From a virus (taxonomy: Duplodnaviria > Caudoviricetes), in IMG/VR virus record IMGVR_UViG_3300012007_000009, positions 96,791-160,790 of that record: DNA of 64,000 bases; one strand, given 5' to 3'. Below are positions 48,232-57,741 of the stretch, piece after piece. The notes under the pieces are model-generated. The model was given only the letters and a program-made list of their open reading frames with translations, had not been told where the DNA came from and did not search any database. Within the stretch, counting starts at the first letter, position 1. Each line of letters begins with the position of its first letter. The position numbers were made by a program, and so were the translations under genes.

Positions 48232-49725
48232 ATGACCAATACACAGCCTACATCGTACACACGCAAGTGGAACGCCGTGCTTAACAGCAACCTCGGCCGC
48301 CAAGTGCGTTCTCGTACTGAAGCTTCTGTCCTGGCTACCTTGATGGAAACCCAGAACAAGCTGAACCATGGGCAGCTCCTGGAATCCGCCAACGTCTCTT
48401 CTGACGTTGCTCAGTATCAGCAGTATGCTCTTCCCCTCATTCGCCGTCAGTTCCCCGAACTGTTGGCCATGAACACCGTCGCAGTCATTCCTACCACGAC
48501 CCCGCACGGCATCTACTTCGCTCTCCGTTACCTCTATGATAACGAGCCGTTGAAGTCCACTGCCTTCCGTTTCGGTCAGAAGCAGGAAATCGGCTATGAC
48601 CTCGTTGCCGACCATACCGGCTTTGCCACCACGTTCAACCCCTGGCGCACCGGCGCTGGCGAAATGCTGAGCAACTTTGACGAAGGTACTCAGGAACGTA
48701 CTGGCCTTGCCTACCCCTATGGCGCCTCCTACGGTCAGCTGTACAACAACTTCGGTGGTGACACCCTCGATGGTTCCGATGAACTCGGTGCCTATGCCTA
48801 CAACATCAAGAAGGCCTCCATCAAGGTCATCTCTGGTGCTATCCGCGTCGGTACTCGAGCCATCAAGTCTCACTACACCCTCGAACTTCAACAGGACATG
48901 GCCGCAGCACACGGCCAGGATGTTGAAGCCCTGCTCCTCGAAGGCCTCCAGTTCGAAATCCAGCAGGAAATCGACCGTGAAATCCTCATGGCCATGGTGA
49001 TGGTCGCCCAGAACGAAAAGCTCGGTGGCGAAAAGGTCATCACTGTTGACCTCTCCAAGACTGAAGCTGGTCCTGCCAAGGGTCGCTGGTCTGCTGAAAG
49101 CATCGCTTCCGGCATCGTGAACACTCTTATCGCTGTCTCTCGTAAGATTTCTCTTACGACTCGTATGGGCTCCGGTAACTTCGCGATTGTCAGCCCCGAT
49201 GTCGCAGCTGCCATCGCCACTCTGAACACTGGCATCTACAACCCCGGTGGCTATCTCGGCACTAACGCCGACTTCCAGCCTGCTGGTGGTGTCGCCGATG
49301 CTGGCGCTCTCTTGAACGGCCAGATTAAGCTCTATCAGGACATCTACGCCAACGCCTCCTACGCCCTCGTGGGCTTCAAGGGTGGTCGTCAGGGCGAGAG
49401 CGGAATCATCTTCATGCCTTACATTCCGTACATCTTCACGAAGACTGCGGGTCAGGAAGACGGTTCTCCTCGTCTCATCGTCAAGTCTCGTTATGCCATC
49501 GTGGCTAACCTGCTCGGCGCTGGCCAGTTCTACCGTCTTGTCCAGTTCCTCCATGTCAACAATCTAATAACAGGCATAGACCTTCAGTCGGAGAGCGTGC
49601 CTTGGCAGAGCAATGGTTCATTCTCTGGTGACTCTCTCGAACCGGGTCTGGAATACGTTGTTGACCAGAACGACGAAATGGTTAATGCTCCTGGTGGCAT
49701 GAGCTTCGAAAACAAGCGCTGGTAA
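48232..49725 (+). CDS. gp23: Major capsid protein
   Basis: LIRRQFPELLA, PHGIYFALRYLY, RAIKSHYTLELQQDMAAAHGQDVE, EIDREI, FMPYIP, PRLIVKSRY. Confidence 0.97.
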   Translation: MTNTQPTSYTRKWNAVLNSNLGRQVRSRTEASVLATLMETQNKLNHGQLLESANVSSDVAQYQQYALPLIRRQFPELLAMNTVAVIPTTTPHGIYFALRYLYDNEPLKSTAFRFGQKQEIGYDLVADHTGFATTFNPWRTGAGEMLSNFDEGTQERTGLAYPYGASYGQLYNNFGGDTLDGSDELGAYAYNIKKASIKVISGAIRVGTRAIKSHYTLELQQDMAAAHGQDVEALLLEGLQFEIQQEIDREILMAMVMVAQNEKLGGEKVITVDLSKTEAGPAKGRWSAESIASGIVNTLIAVSRKISLTTRMGSGNFAIVSPDVAAAIATLNTGIYNPGGYLGTNADFQPAGGVADAGALLNGQIKLYQDIYANASYALVGFKGGRQGESGIIFMPYIPYIFTKTAGQEDGSPRLIVKSRYAIVANLLGAGQFYRLVQFLHVNNLITGIDLQSESVPWQSNGSFSGDSLEPGLEYVVDQNDEMVNAPGGMSFENKRW

Positions 49726-49758
49726 TCAACCCAGTCTTGACTAGGACTCAAACTTATT

Positions 49759-49788
49759 AGGAGGTCGGTGCAAGCCGACCTCCTTTTG
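49759..49788 (+). terminator. Terminator after gp23
   Basis: AGGAGGTCGG/CCGACCTCCT stem plus TTT. Confidence 0.8.
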
Positions 49789-49829
49789 TGTATGAAAAAT
49801 AATGTAAGATTTATTTTACAATAACGATA

Positions 49830-49858
49830 TTGACCTTTATTCATAATTTATGTATATT
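49830..49858 (+). promoter_or_regulatory. sigma70-type promoter TTGACC-17-TATATT
   Basis: Consensus spacing; precedes a 13-codon uORF and the endonuclease. Confidence 0.65.
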
Positions 49859-49902
49859 AAGAATATGAATACTATAGCCATTGGGTGGCAAAGGATAATC
49901 AT

Positions 49903-51204
49903 ATGACTGAGGAACTTGTAAAGACTAAGAATAAAGGCGGTCGTCCTAAGCCGGACAAGGAACAGTGCCGTTTGGCAGCAAGTAAATACCAGTACATTTC
50001 GGATTTTCGTGCTAGCGAACCCCGGATGTATTCAAAGGCGTATGGTCAACATTGGCTAAATGAATTTTTCCCGAATAAGAAGCCAAGAACACCAAAATAC
50101 ACTAAGGAGTACTGCCAAAAGCTTGCTGCCACGTGTAACACTCGACGTGAATTTCGCATTAATTACGTAACGGCTTATAATGTTTCGTACAAACGTGGCT
50201 GGCTGGATGATTTGGGTTTACCAGATAGAAAGACGACGAATCGAATGGCGCATTTACTCATACCAGATGAAGATGTCATTGCGTGTGCAAGAAAATATGA
50301 TACAATAAGCCAGTTCCGGCATCAAGCAGGTAACATGTATGAGATAGCGGTCAAGCGTAAAATGCTATCTATGTTTACTTGGCTTGACTATAATCCTGAG
50401 ATTACGAACGGTTTTTATGATAATGTATATGTATATGAATTTCCTGAATTTAGAGTGGCTTATGTCGGTCGCACGGTGAACCCAAATATGCGAGATTGGA
50501 GTCATCGGAAGCCTGGTGATGTCGTGTATGAGTATGCTACTGCGGCCGGGGTTGATGTGCCTTCACCAAAGTACATTCATCGGAATATTACACTTAATGA
50601 TGGACGAATTGAGGAAGGAAACGTGATGGTGCAGTATAGGAATAACGGTTGGACATTATTGAACCGTCAGTGTGCCGGTGGCATTGGAAATTTACGTAAA
50701 GTGAGTAAGAAGCGATTACTTGAAACGGCTAGACAGTATAATTATGTAAGTGACCTAAGACGAGAAAAGTCCGGAGTATACAGAGCATTATGTAAATATG
50801 GCTGGCTGAGTGAGTGCACCTGGTTGAAACGAAAACCTGGAGGGCGAAAATTAGGAATCTCTAAGAGCGATTATGTATCCAAATGGGCTGATTATGATAA
50901 ATGTAAATCTGAAGCATTGAAATACAAGTCCCGCGATGCATTTCGTGTCGGTTCTGGTGGTGCGTTCGAATATGCTTGGAAACAAGGATGGGTTCATGAG
51001 TGGTTTCCGTCTAAATTGAATGACCCTCGCCCGGTTGGAAAATATGACAAGCGTACCGGAGAGCTTCTTCACACATATGACTCAGTGAAACTAGCTGCTA
51101 AAGATGCTGGTGTATGCAATGAAGCGGTTAGAGCGGTGTGTCTCGGTAAGAACAAGACTTGCAAGGGGTACGTGTACAAGTATATGGAACGAGAGCATAA
51201 ATAA
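49903..51204 (+). CDS. Free-standing GIY-YIG homing endonuclease with internal repeats and NUMOD1-like C-terminus
   Basis: VYVYEF...AYVGRT...R...H...E...LLN core; C-terminal YDSVKLAAKDAGV...VCLGKNKTCKGYVYKY; clearly more AT-rich than flanks. Confidence 0.8.
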   Translation: MTEELVKTKNKGGRPKPDKEQCRLAASKYQYISDFRASEPRMYSKAYGQHWLNEFFPNKKPRTPKYTKEYCQKLAATCNTRREFRINYVTAYNVSYKRGWLDDLGLPDRKTTNRMAHLLIPDEDVIACARKYDTISQFRHQAGNMYEIAVKRKMLSMFTWLDYNPEITNGFYDNVYVYEFPEFRVAYVGRTVNPNMRDWSHRKPGDVVYEYATAAGVDVPSPKYIHRNITLNDGRIEEGNVMVQYRNNGWTLLNRQCAGGIGNLRKVSKKRLLETARQYNYVSDLRREKSGVYRALCKYGWLSECTWLKRKPGGRKLGISKSDYVSKWADYDKCKSEALKYKSRDAFRVGSGGAFEYAWKQGWVHEWFPSKLNDPRPVGKYDKRTGELLHTYDSVKLAAKDAGVCNEAVRAVCLGKNKTCKGYVYKYMEREHK

Positions 51205-51223
51205 TATCCCCGAAAAGCATTTT

Positions 51224-51256
51224 AGACCCGGATTCTCCCAGGAATCCGGGTCTTTT
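51224..51256 (+). terminator. Rho-independent terminator
   Basis: AGACCCGGATTC/GAATCCGGGTCT stem plus TTT. Confidence 0.75.
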
Positions 51257-51324
51257 CCGTTTTTGGACTAGTTTTTCGCCTACAGGAGCATATAAACTAC
51301 AGACGTATTTTTCCGGGGAGCCCC

Positions 51325-51501
51325 ATGATAGACCGCAAGAGCGTGAAGGCACTGGTGACTGGAGTATTGAACGACGACGATGCCGAAGTGAACCGCATCA
51401 TCGAGGCGTGTCTCGAGTCGGTGTTCAGCTCCAGGCTGGAGGACACGACCAAGGCCGTGTTCGAGAGTGTCGGCAGCAGGCAGAAGCCGGTCATGGGATA
51501 A
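51325..51501 (+). CDS. gp67-like small prohead core protein (58 aa, not in the ORF track)
   Basis: MIDRKSVKALVTGVLNDDDAEVNRIIEACLESVFSSRLEDTTKAVFESVGSRQKPVMG; GGGGAG RBS; TATAAACT at 51291-51298; sits just before gp21 as in T4. Confidence 0.65.
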   Translation: MIDRKSVKALVTGVLNDDDAEVNRIIEACLESVFSSRLEDTTKAVFESVGSRQKPVMG

Positions 51502-51517
51502 CGGGGGAGAGGGACTT

Positions 51518-52237
51518 ATGGTTCTGGTCGAAGAGATGAATCCGGCGTCTGGCGAGTCCAGCGTCCGTATAGAGGAAAGGGTCGGGCTTGACGGCAAGCC
51601 GGTCAGGCGCCTTATCATCGAGGGTTATGCAATCGTATGCGACGTGTCCGGTATCAACGGCCGTGAATACCCCAGGACAATCATCGCCCGCGAGGTCGAC
51701 AGGCTGAACCGCGAGGCGGTTCCGTACGGCAGGCTCGCTGCCGAGCTGAACCATCCCAGGCTTGACCCGGAAGGCAACTCCCGCGACTACCCGATTTGCG
51801 AGATGGACCTTTCCAAGCTCTGTGCCGTGGTGGAGGAACTCCGCATGGAGGGGAACAAGGTGTTCTGCCGCATGGTGGTGGCAGAGGACACCGACGCTGG
51901 CCGCAACCTGGCGGGAGCAATCAAGGCGGGGTACCGTCCCGGGTATTCCATCCGCGGGGCCGGCGACACGGTCCCGAAGGGAGACCACGAGGTGGTTACC
52001 GACAACTATACGCTGATTACCATCGACGTTGTGGGCAACCCGAGCTTCGGCAAGGCTGCCATCGTGACATCCCACGTGGAGTCAGCCGGCCAGAAGGCGG
52101 CCCGCGTGAAGGCCATCACCGAGTCAATCAACACACTGGGACGCGAGGTCGCCCATAACAGGCAGCTCCGCGACCTCGGGTACAGGAAGTATGACCTGGA
52201 TGCGTTTGTCCAGTTTGCACACGGGCAGGTAAAATAA
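51518..52237 (+). CDS. gp21: Prohead protease
   Basis: LIIEG, INGREYP, ELNHP, GYSIRGAG, IDVVGNPS; in-frame ATG at 51518. Confidence 0.93.
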   Translation: MVLVEEMNPASGESSVRIEERVGLDGKPVRRLIIEGYAIVCDVSGINGREYPRTIIAREVDRLNREAVPYGRLAAELNHPRLDPEGNSRDYPICEMDLSKLCAVVEELRMEGNKVFCRMVVAEDTDAGRNLAGAIKAGYRPGYSIRGAGDTVPKGDHEVVTDNYTLITIDVVGNPSFGKAAIVTSHVESAGQKAARVKAITESINTLGREVAHNRQLRDLGYRKYDLDAFVQFAHGQVK

Positions 52238-52238
52238 G

Positions 52239-53138
52239 ATGGACTTGAGCAAGATTCTTACTGAAGAGGAGATGAAGGGCATAGACAGTTCCGTGCTCGC
52301 CAAGCTGGAGTCGGCATACCGGTCCGACCTTGCCAGTGCGATGCAGGAGGAGAACCGCAAGACCAACGCGAAGTTCGAATCCCTTATGCAGCTTGTCGGC
52401 AAGAAGGTAGACGAGAAGATTGACCAGGCCGTCAATGCCGGCATGGACAAGATGAAGACGGACGCCATCAACGGGAAGATGTTCGAGGCTCTGGAGAAGA
52501 TTACCGGAATCGTCGAGTCGCTCGGAATCCCGGCGACGGAGAAGACGAAGGAACTGAAGCAGCAACTCGAACAGACCGACAGCAAGCTGCAGGACGTGTA
52601 CGCCGAGCGGCAGAACATCCTGAAGAAGCTGAACTACCAGGCGAAGTTGAACCGCATATACGAACTGACCAAGGGTTCCAGTCCGGACATCGTGAACGCC
52701 GTGATAGAGCGCTTCAAGAACGAGGACATCAGGGCCATCGACAAGAACGCCATTGCCGATTTCATCGACAACAACGACAGCGGCGACGGACTGACCATGA
52801 ACATCGATGTCGACGTGAGCGGCGTCCAGCCAGGAGACAAGGCCATGCCCGGAATCGTCGACAAGGTCGAGATGGCTCTCAGCGAAATCAAGGACGACAT
52901 GGACATGGACATGCCCGGCTTCCTGTCCACTCCGGAAGAGGAGGAAGCCCCGGCTCCAAAGAAGCGCCGCGTCTTCGGCGAGGCGGCCAACAAGGCGTTC
53001 AAGCCGGAGCGGGTACGCATCCCGGCTACCGGTTCGGCGATTGTCGAATCCCAGGGCGAGCAGATGTCCCCGGACGTCTCCGCCGCCATGGAACAGATGC
53101 AGGCATTCCAGGACCTCGGCTTCGGCCGTTTCTCCTAG
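52239..53138 (+). CDS. gp22: Prohead core/scaffold protein (gp22-like)
   Basis: Follows gp21; coiled-coil and acidic; KMFEALEKITGIVES. Confidence 0.65.
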   Translation: MDLSKILTEEEMKGIDSSVLAKLESAYRSDLASAMQEENRKTNAKFESLMQLVGKKVDEKIDQAVNAGMDKMKTDAINGKMFEALEKITGIVESLGIPATEKTKELKQQLEQTDSKLQDVYAERQNILKKLNYQAKLNRIYELTKGSSPDIVNAVIERFKNEDIRAIDKNAIADFIDNNDSGDGLTMNIDVDVSGVQPGDKAMPGIVDKVEMALSEIKDDMDMDMPGFLSTPEEEEAPAPKKRRVFGEAANKAFKPERVRIPATGSAIVESQGEQMSPDVSAAMEQMQAFQDLGFGRFS

Positions 53139-53175
53139 GGATATTCCCGGGAATTTCGTCTCCTTGGTTCCCGGG

Positions 53176-53208
53176 AGCGGCGCGGCACTCGATGCTGCGC
53201 CGCTTTTT
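53176..53208 (+). terminator. Rho-independent terminator
   Basis: AGCGGCGCGGCA/TGCTGCGCCGCT stem plus T tract. Confidence 0.75.
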
Positions 53209-53256
53209 GATGTAGTTTCTGGGTAGATAAACTAGGCTATAACGGAGAACTTCCCG

Positions 53257-53880
53257 ATGAAGCAACAGGATTACAACAGACGGCCACAAAATTTCAGCCG
53301 CATGCCCGGCCCGATGATGCAGCCCGGAATGGGCCAGCCGATGATGCAGCAGCGTCCCATGATGCAGCAGCCGATGATGCAGCAGCCGATGATGCAGCCC
53401 GGCATGGGTCCGCAGAGAATGCCGATGCAGCCAGCTCCCGTGATGAACGGAGGTAACTTCGCTCCCCGGCCGGCAAACCCGCAAATGCAAATGAACAACG
53501 GGATGTTCGGGGCAGGCAACTACCAGCAGCAGGATACCATGCCCGGCTTCGAGGGCTCATACAACGGGGAAGACTGGAACAACATCAAGCTGGGCGATGT
53601 CCGCGACAAGATGAGCCAGGAGCAGGCCCAGGCCGAAGTCGACAAGATGGATGAGTTCATTCAGCAGATGCAGGGCACTGTTGACCTGGGTGTTGCAAGC
53701 ACGGGCAATATCGACCAGGTGATTTCGGCAATCAATATGCTCGTCGGCCTGCTGCAGAATCCGAGGGGTTGGCTGCCAACGACGACTAGCCAGCACCACT
53801 TCGAGCTAATTACCACCCACGGTGGCAGCATAGCAAAGAACTTGACCAAATTCGCGAAAGCAATCGCACAGTTGAAATAA
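53257..53880 (+). CDS. Late protein with Q/P/M-rich low-complexity N-terminus, 207 aa
   Basis: PMMQQ repeats (CCGATGATGCAG units at ~53311-53430); GATAAACT at 53226-53233; GGAG RBS. Confidence 0.8.
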   Translation: MKQQDYNRRPQNFSRMPGPMMQPGMGQPMMQQRPMMQQPMMQQPMMQPGMGPQRMPMQPAPVMNGGNFAPRPANPQMQMNNGMFGAGNYQQQDTMPGFEGSYNGEDWNNIKLGDVRDKMSQEQAQAEVDKMDEFIQQMQGTVDLGVASTGNIDQVISAINMLVGLLQNPRGWLPTTTSQHHFELITTHGGSIAKNLTKFAKAIAQLK

Positions 53881-53881
53881 G

Positions 53882-56800
53882 ATGAACTTCCTTAGCCTAG
53901 TCCACCGCAAGTACAGGGAAACCTCGGTTCCCGGGTTCTCCCAGGAAACCGGGCGTGCCGTATGGTGCAAGTGGGTACCCGATTCCGGTACGCCCGCATG
54001 TCCCGAGATTTACTCGTGGGATTATTCCAAGTTTCCTACCGGAAGCGTAAGGGAGCTCGACGATGCGGTCTACGTCGCGACACTGTCCGTCGGCGCATCG
54101 TACCCGTATGCGGTGCAATACGTATGGGCGATGCCGGAATCACGCGAGGGCGCGGCCGTGCCCGAGGGATATTCCCCGGAACTCCCCGACGTATCGAACA
54201 CCGACCTGTACTTCGTGCATGCGGAATCCGGCGACTGGGAACTGTATTCGGTTTCCGGGAAGTATCCTTCGTCCGTCGCGGTCACCGTGGCCGCGTACAC
54301 CGAGAAGGGCGACGGGGTGGTGCAGGACTACGTACTGCCGGTGTCGTATCCGGAAAGGGCCGGTGCGGACCCCGGCTTCGAGGTGATGCCGTCCACGTTC
54401 ACTTACGGCGGGACCGGGATGGACTGTATCGCGATAGGCGACCTGGTGTACGATAGCGATGCGGTCGCTTCGGTCGTGGATGCCCGGTACGACGCGGATT
54501 GTGAAGATGACGACTGCCTGTTCTTCATGCAGCGCGACGGAAACTCGTATACACTGTACACGAGGTTCGTGCAGTCTGACTACGAGCACATGGAATTCAA
54601 TGTACCCGTGTACATAAGGTATGTCGACGCGGTATCCGGCCTGGAGACCGAGGTCAGGCGAGAGTTCGTCGTTCACGGCACCAGCTCCAACATATCGGCG
54701 GAACCTTACGTCAAGTATGTGAGGCACATGGCGAGCCGCGTGGGCTCGTACGAAAAAATCGAGATACTCGGCGGAAACTTCACGTCGGAAATGGGGATAC
54801 GTCTCGGATATGGTTCCGACTGGTCGGTAGTGATACCCCGCGACGAGACAGTGCTCGACACGGAGGACAGGTGGGACAGGCTGAGTTTCATCATGGGTCC
54901 GAAATACGCGATGCATGGACCGGATGGCGAGGAAGTATGCGCTGTGTACGACCTCGGCATCGGTTATGGCGGGAACAGCGGGTTCGTTGCTCTCGCCGGT
55001 ACCGGGGATGCCAAGATGGCGCTCGAGAACAACGTGGGCATAATCAGGTACAAGTACGACGAGGGAACTGCCGTCGAACAGAGGAAGGCATCGGCGGGGA
55101 CCGTGGTGACGACGAACAGCTCATGCTTCTACACGACCGACATCGAGATGGTATACGATTCCACCGACGGCGCGGGCAATGCCCAGATGAAGGGCGGTGC
55201 TGCCGGGAAGTACGGGAAGACCATATACTGGAAGGTCGACCCGACCGTCGACTGCGAAAACGTGCGCTACGTCAAGGTCAAGCTTAAATACAACAGGAGG
55301 CTCGACTACCGCAGGGGCGAGATGACACTCGACGGCGTGCAACTGACTGACGGCGACATCGTATGGCTTGCCGGACAGATGGATGGGACCGACGGATTGT
55401 GGGTCGTCAGGGCCGGCGGTGACTGGGAAGGCCTGAAGGATATCGTGGACCCCGGCGAGGGCGGAAGGAATCCATGCGGGATTTCTCCGGGAAATCCGCT
55501 TCCCGTGGACAGTTCCGTCTTCGTCGACCTGGGTGCAAGAGTGACGGACGAGGTAAAGGCCCGCTGTTCGGAGGATGTTCCCGAGAAGTACGGCAGGCGC
55601 GTCATTTGCGGAAGGGAAGTGAACCCGGGGGACATAGTGCTGCTCGCCGGCCAGGCCGACGGAATGGATGGGCTGTGGGAAGTCACATGTGCCGACTGGA
55701 TATACCGTGGGCCGGTAAACGACTCGGGCGACGTAAAGTTCGACGCTTCTGACTCGATTCTCTACCAGAACAACATAGACTTCTGCGCTTGCCGCGACAA
55801 GAAACTTAACCCGATATACGGGATAGAATATTACTACCTGAATGCGGGTTGCTACCTGGCCACGGCGACCCGGAAAGTGAAGATGATTTGTTCGTCCGCG
55901 GGCGGGCTGTTCCCCAACAACCGGGCCATCGTCACCGACTATTCGATTACGGCGGGTGCCGAGAAGTCACTGGTAGTCGACACCGGGCTTACGGCAGGTG
56001 ACGGGGTAGACGAGGACTGCAAGAAACCGGATGACGATTTCGACCTGCAGAACGGGGTCGGTACCGAGGAAGCCACTACCGGATGCCCCGAGCATTCCGG
56101 CATCCTGAAGGCGCCCAACTGTTCCGAAATATGCGACTGTCCCAGGTTCTACACGCTGCCTGCCACGTTCGACGGGACGACGGTGAAGAACGGGTTCAGC
56201 ATGGTGTTCTGGCAGTTCGGTGATGGAGGGTGGCACCTGTACGCATACATCGCACAGAAGGGTGTCGCCTCGTCGGTGTCGTACTATGTGTACCATCTTA
56301 GGATATGCGGCATCGCGCTGCCCAGGATGGTGGACGAGAACACGGACGTGTTCGTTCTTGGTGAAGACGGGCTGCCTACCAGCCGGAGGACAAAGGATGC
56401 ATGGTTCGTGTCGCATACCGGCCCGGTGGCTGACGGATTCGGCATGTATGACCCGCAATGGGCATTCAAGACGGACGACGGGGAAGGCGGTTACGTCATA
56501 ACTCACGAGCTCGGCCCGGGAACACTGTACCAGAACTGGTCGCTTCACGGGGTCACGACGAAGATGCTGGCCCACCTGGCTAAGATTGGGATAGGGGAAG
56601 TTCCGGCCGGTATGGACCGCGTGTACGGATTCAAGTTCTACCACTCCGTAATTACCAAGGAGCGGTTCTGCAGCATATACAACGAGTCCAAGGCCGGGTG
56701 CATCTGCCAGGATACATGGACCGGACTGGTAACCGACCAGTGCTATGACGAGGAAGGCCGCCTGGTGGACTGCGACGAGGCGGCATCCAGGGGAAACGCG

Positions 56801-56887
56801 TTCATCACTACCGATGACGGCGAGCCGATAGCCGTGGAGAAGTCCTGTTTCGACGATACCGGCCGGAAAATCGATTGCGACCGGTAA
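53882..56887 (+). CDS. Cys-rich tail/fibre-associated structural protein, 1001 aa
   Basis: Two copies of the tail-fibre-type motif (LDGVQLTDGDIVWLAGQMDGTDGLWVV; NPGDIVLLAGQADGMDGLWEV); Ig/IPT-like segment. Confidence 0.65.
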   Translation: MNFLSLVHRKYRETSVPGFSQETGRAVWCKWVPDSGTPACPEIYSWDYSKFPTGSVRELDDAVYVATLSVGASYPYAVQYVWAMPESREGAAVPEGYSPELPDVSNTDLYFVHAESGDWELYSVSGKYPSSVAVTVAAYTEKGDGVVQDYVLPVSYPERAGADPGFEVMPSTFTYGGTGMDCIAIGDLVYDSDAVASVVDARYDADCEDDDCLFFMQRDGNSYTLYTRFVQSDYEHMEFNVPVYIRYVDAVSGLETEVRREFVVHGTSSNISAEPYVKYVRHMASRVGSYEKIEILGGNFTSEMGIRLGYGSDWSVVIPRDETVLDTEDRWDRLSFIMGPKYAMHGPDGEEVCAVYDLGIGYGGNSGFVALAGTGDAKMALENNVGIIRYKYDEGTAVEQRKASAGTVVTTNSSCFYTTDIEMVYDSTDGAGNAQMKGGAAGKYGKTIYWKVDPTVDCENVRYVKVKLKYNRRLDYRRGEMTLDGVQLTDGDIVWLAGQMDGTDGLWVVRAGGDWEGLKDIVDPGEGGRNPCGISPGNPLPVDSSVFVDLGARVTDEVKARCSEDVPEKYGRRVICGREVNPGDIVLLAGQADGMDGLWEVTCADWIYRGPVNDSGDVKFDASDSILYQNNIDFCACRDKKLNPIYGIEYYYLNAGCYLATATRKVKMICSSAGGLFPNNRAIVTDYSITAGAEKSLVVDTGLTAGDGVDEDCKKPDDDFDLQNGVGTEEATTGCPEHSGILKAPNCSEICDCPRFYTLPATFDGTTVKNGFSMVFWQFGDGGWHLYAYIAQKGVASSVSYYVYHLRICGIALPRMVDENTDVFVLGEDGLPTSRRTKDAWFVSHTGPVADGFGMYDPQWAFKTDDGEGGYVITHELGPGTLYQNWSLHGVTTKMLAHLAKIGIGEVPAGMDRVYGFKFYHSVITKERFCSIYNESKAGCICQDTWTGLVTDQCYDEEGRLVDCDEAASRGNAFITTDDGEPIAVEKSCFDDTGRKIDCDR

Positions 56888-56929
56888 GGAAAGCCGATAA
56901 ACTACCGGAAAACGGAAAACGGATAGTTT

Positions 56930-57691
56930 ATGGCCGACACAACCAGCAACGGAATCCAGAAGAAAATCTACGAACTCGACCCGTTCGAGGCCGAGGTCAC
57001 CACGGGTGAATCCGGGAGCAGCGCTTCTTTTTCACCGGATGATGACCCGTCCCCCTCTGCCGCGTGGGTGGCGGCCTCGGTAGGTTCGTCTGATACCGGA
57101 AGGTATACGGTCAGGCTCCCGTTGCCTGTGGCCGGTCCCGGCCTCGAGGCGGCAAAGGATGGCGTGGTCGGCGTGAAGTACGACCCGGACACTATGGAAA
57201 TCAACCCGGACGGCTCTCTCAGGGCCAAGGCGGGAACGCCTGCCGGTGTCCAGTTCGTTGTCGGGAACGTATCCCTGGTGGAGGGGAGGAACATGCTCGA
57301 ATTCACCAAGGCCACCAGTACGGGTTCCGGGGTCTACGTGTCGCCGGACAAGTATGCCGGGAAGACACTGGAGCCGGGAACCGTGGTTGTCCCGGGGAAG
57401 TACCGCTGGATTAAGGTCGACTCCATCCTGGCATTCACCGTGGCCCTGTCCGCCAACAGTACCTGGGAGTACAGGTGCAGGTTCACCGTGGAGGAATCTT
57501 CCGGCGCTTCACATGATTTCAGTTTCGTCCTCGACACTACCGAGCAGATATCGGTAGTCCCCGTCTCGATATCCATATACAACGGTAGCGGGAGCCCCGT
57601 AACGCTGAATACGGGAGTAACCTGGGACAAGTCCGGCGAAGCCGATGTCGGGGTAAAGTACAACGCCACCGTGACGCTTACCGCCATTTAG
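56930..57691 (+). CDS. Late structural (fibre-like) protein, 253 aa
   Basis: KKIYELD, AGPGL...VKYDPDTMEINPDGSL; GATAAACT at 56896-56903. Confidence 0.65.
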   Translation: MADTTSNGIQKKIYELDPFEAEVTTGESGSSASFSPDDDPSPSAAWVAASVGSSDTGRYTVRLPLPVAGPGLEAAKDGVVGVKYDPDTMEINPDGSLRAKAGTPAGVQFVVGNVSLVEGRNMLEFTKATSTGSGVYVSPDKYAGKTLEPGTVVVPGKYRWIKVDSILAFTVALSANSTWEYRCRFTVEESSGASHDFSFVLDTTEQISVVPVSISIYNGSGSPVTLNTGVTWDKSGEADVGVKYNATVTLTAI

Positions 57692-57741
57692 CCGAGAAAG
57701 GGTGTAGTTTAGGCATAGGAAGACACCCAGGTGATTTTGAT

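Noticed and set aside
48214-49554. 446-aa minus-strand ORF
   Set aside because: Antisense shadow of the strongly biased gp23
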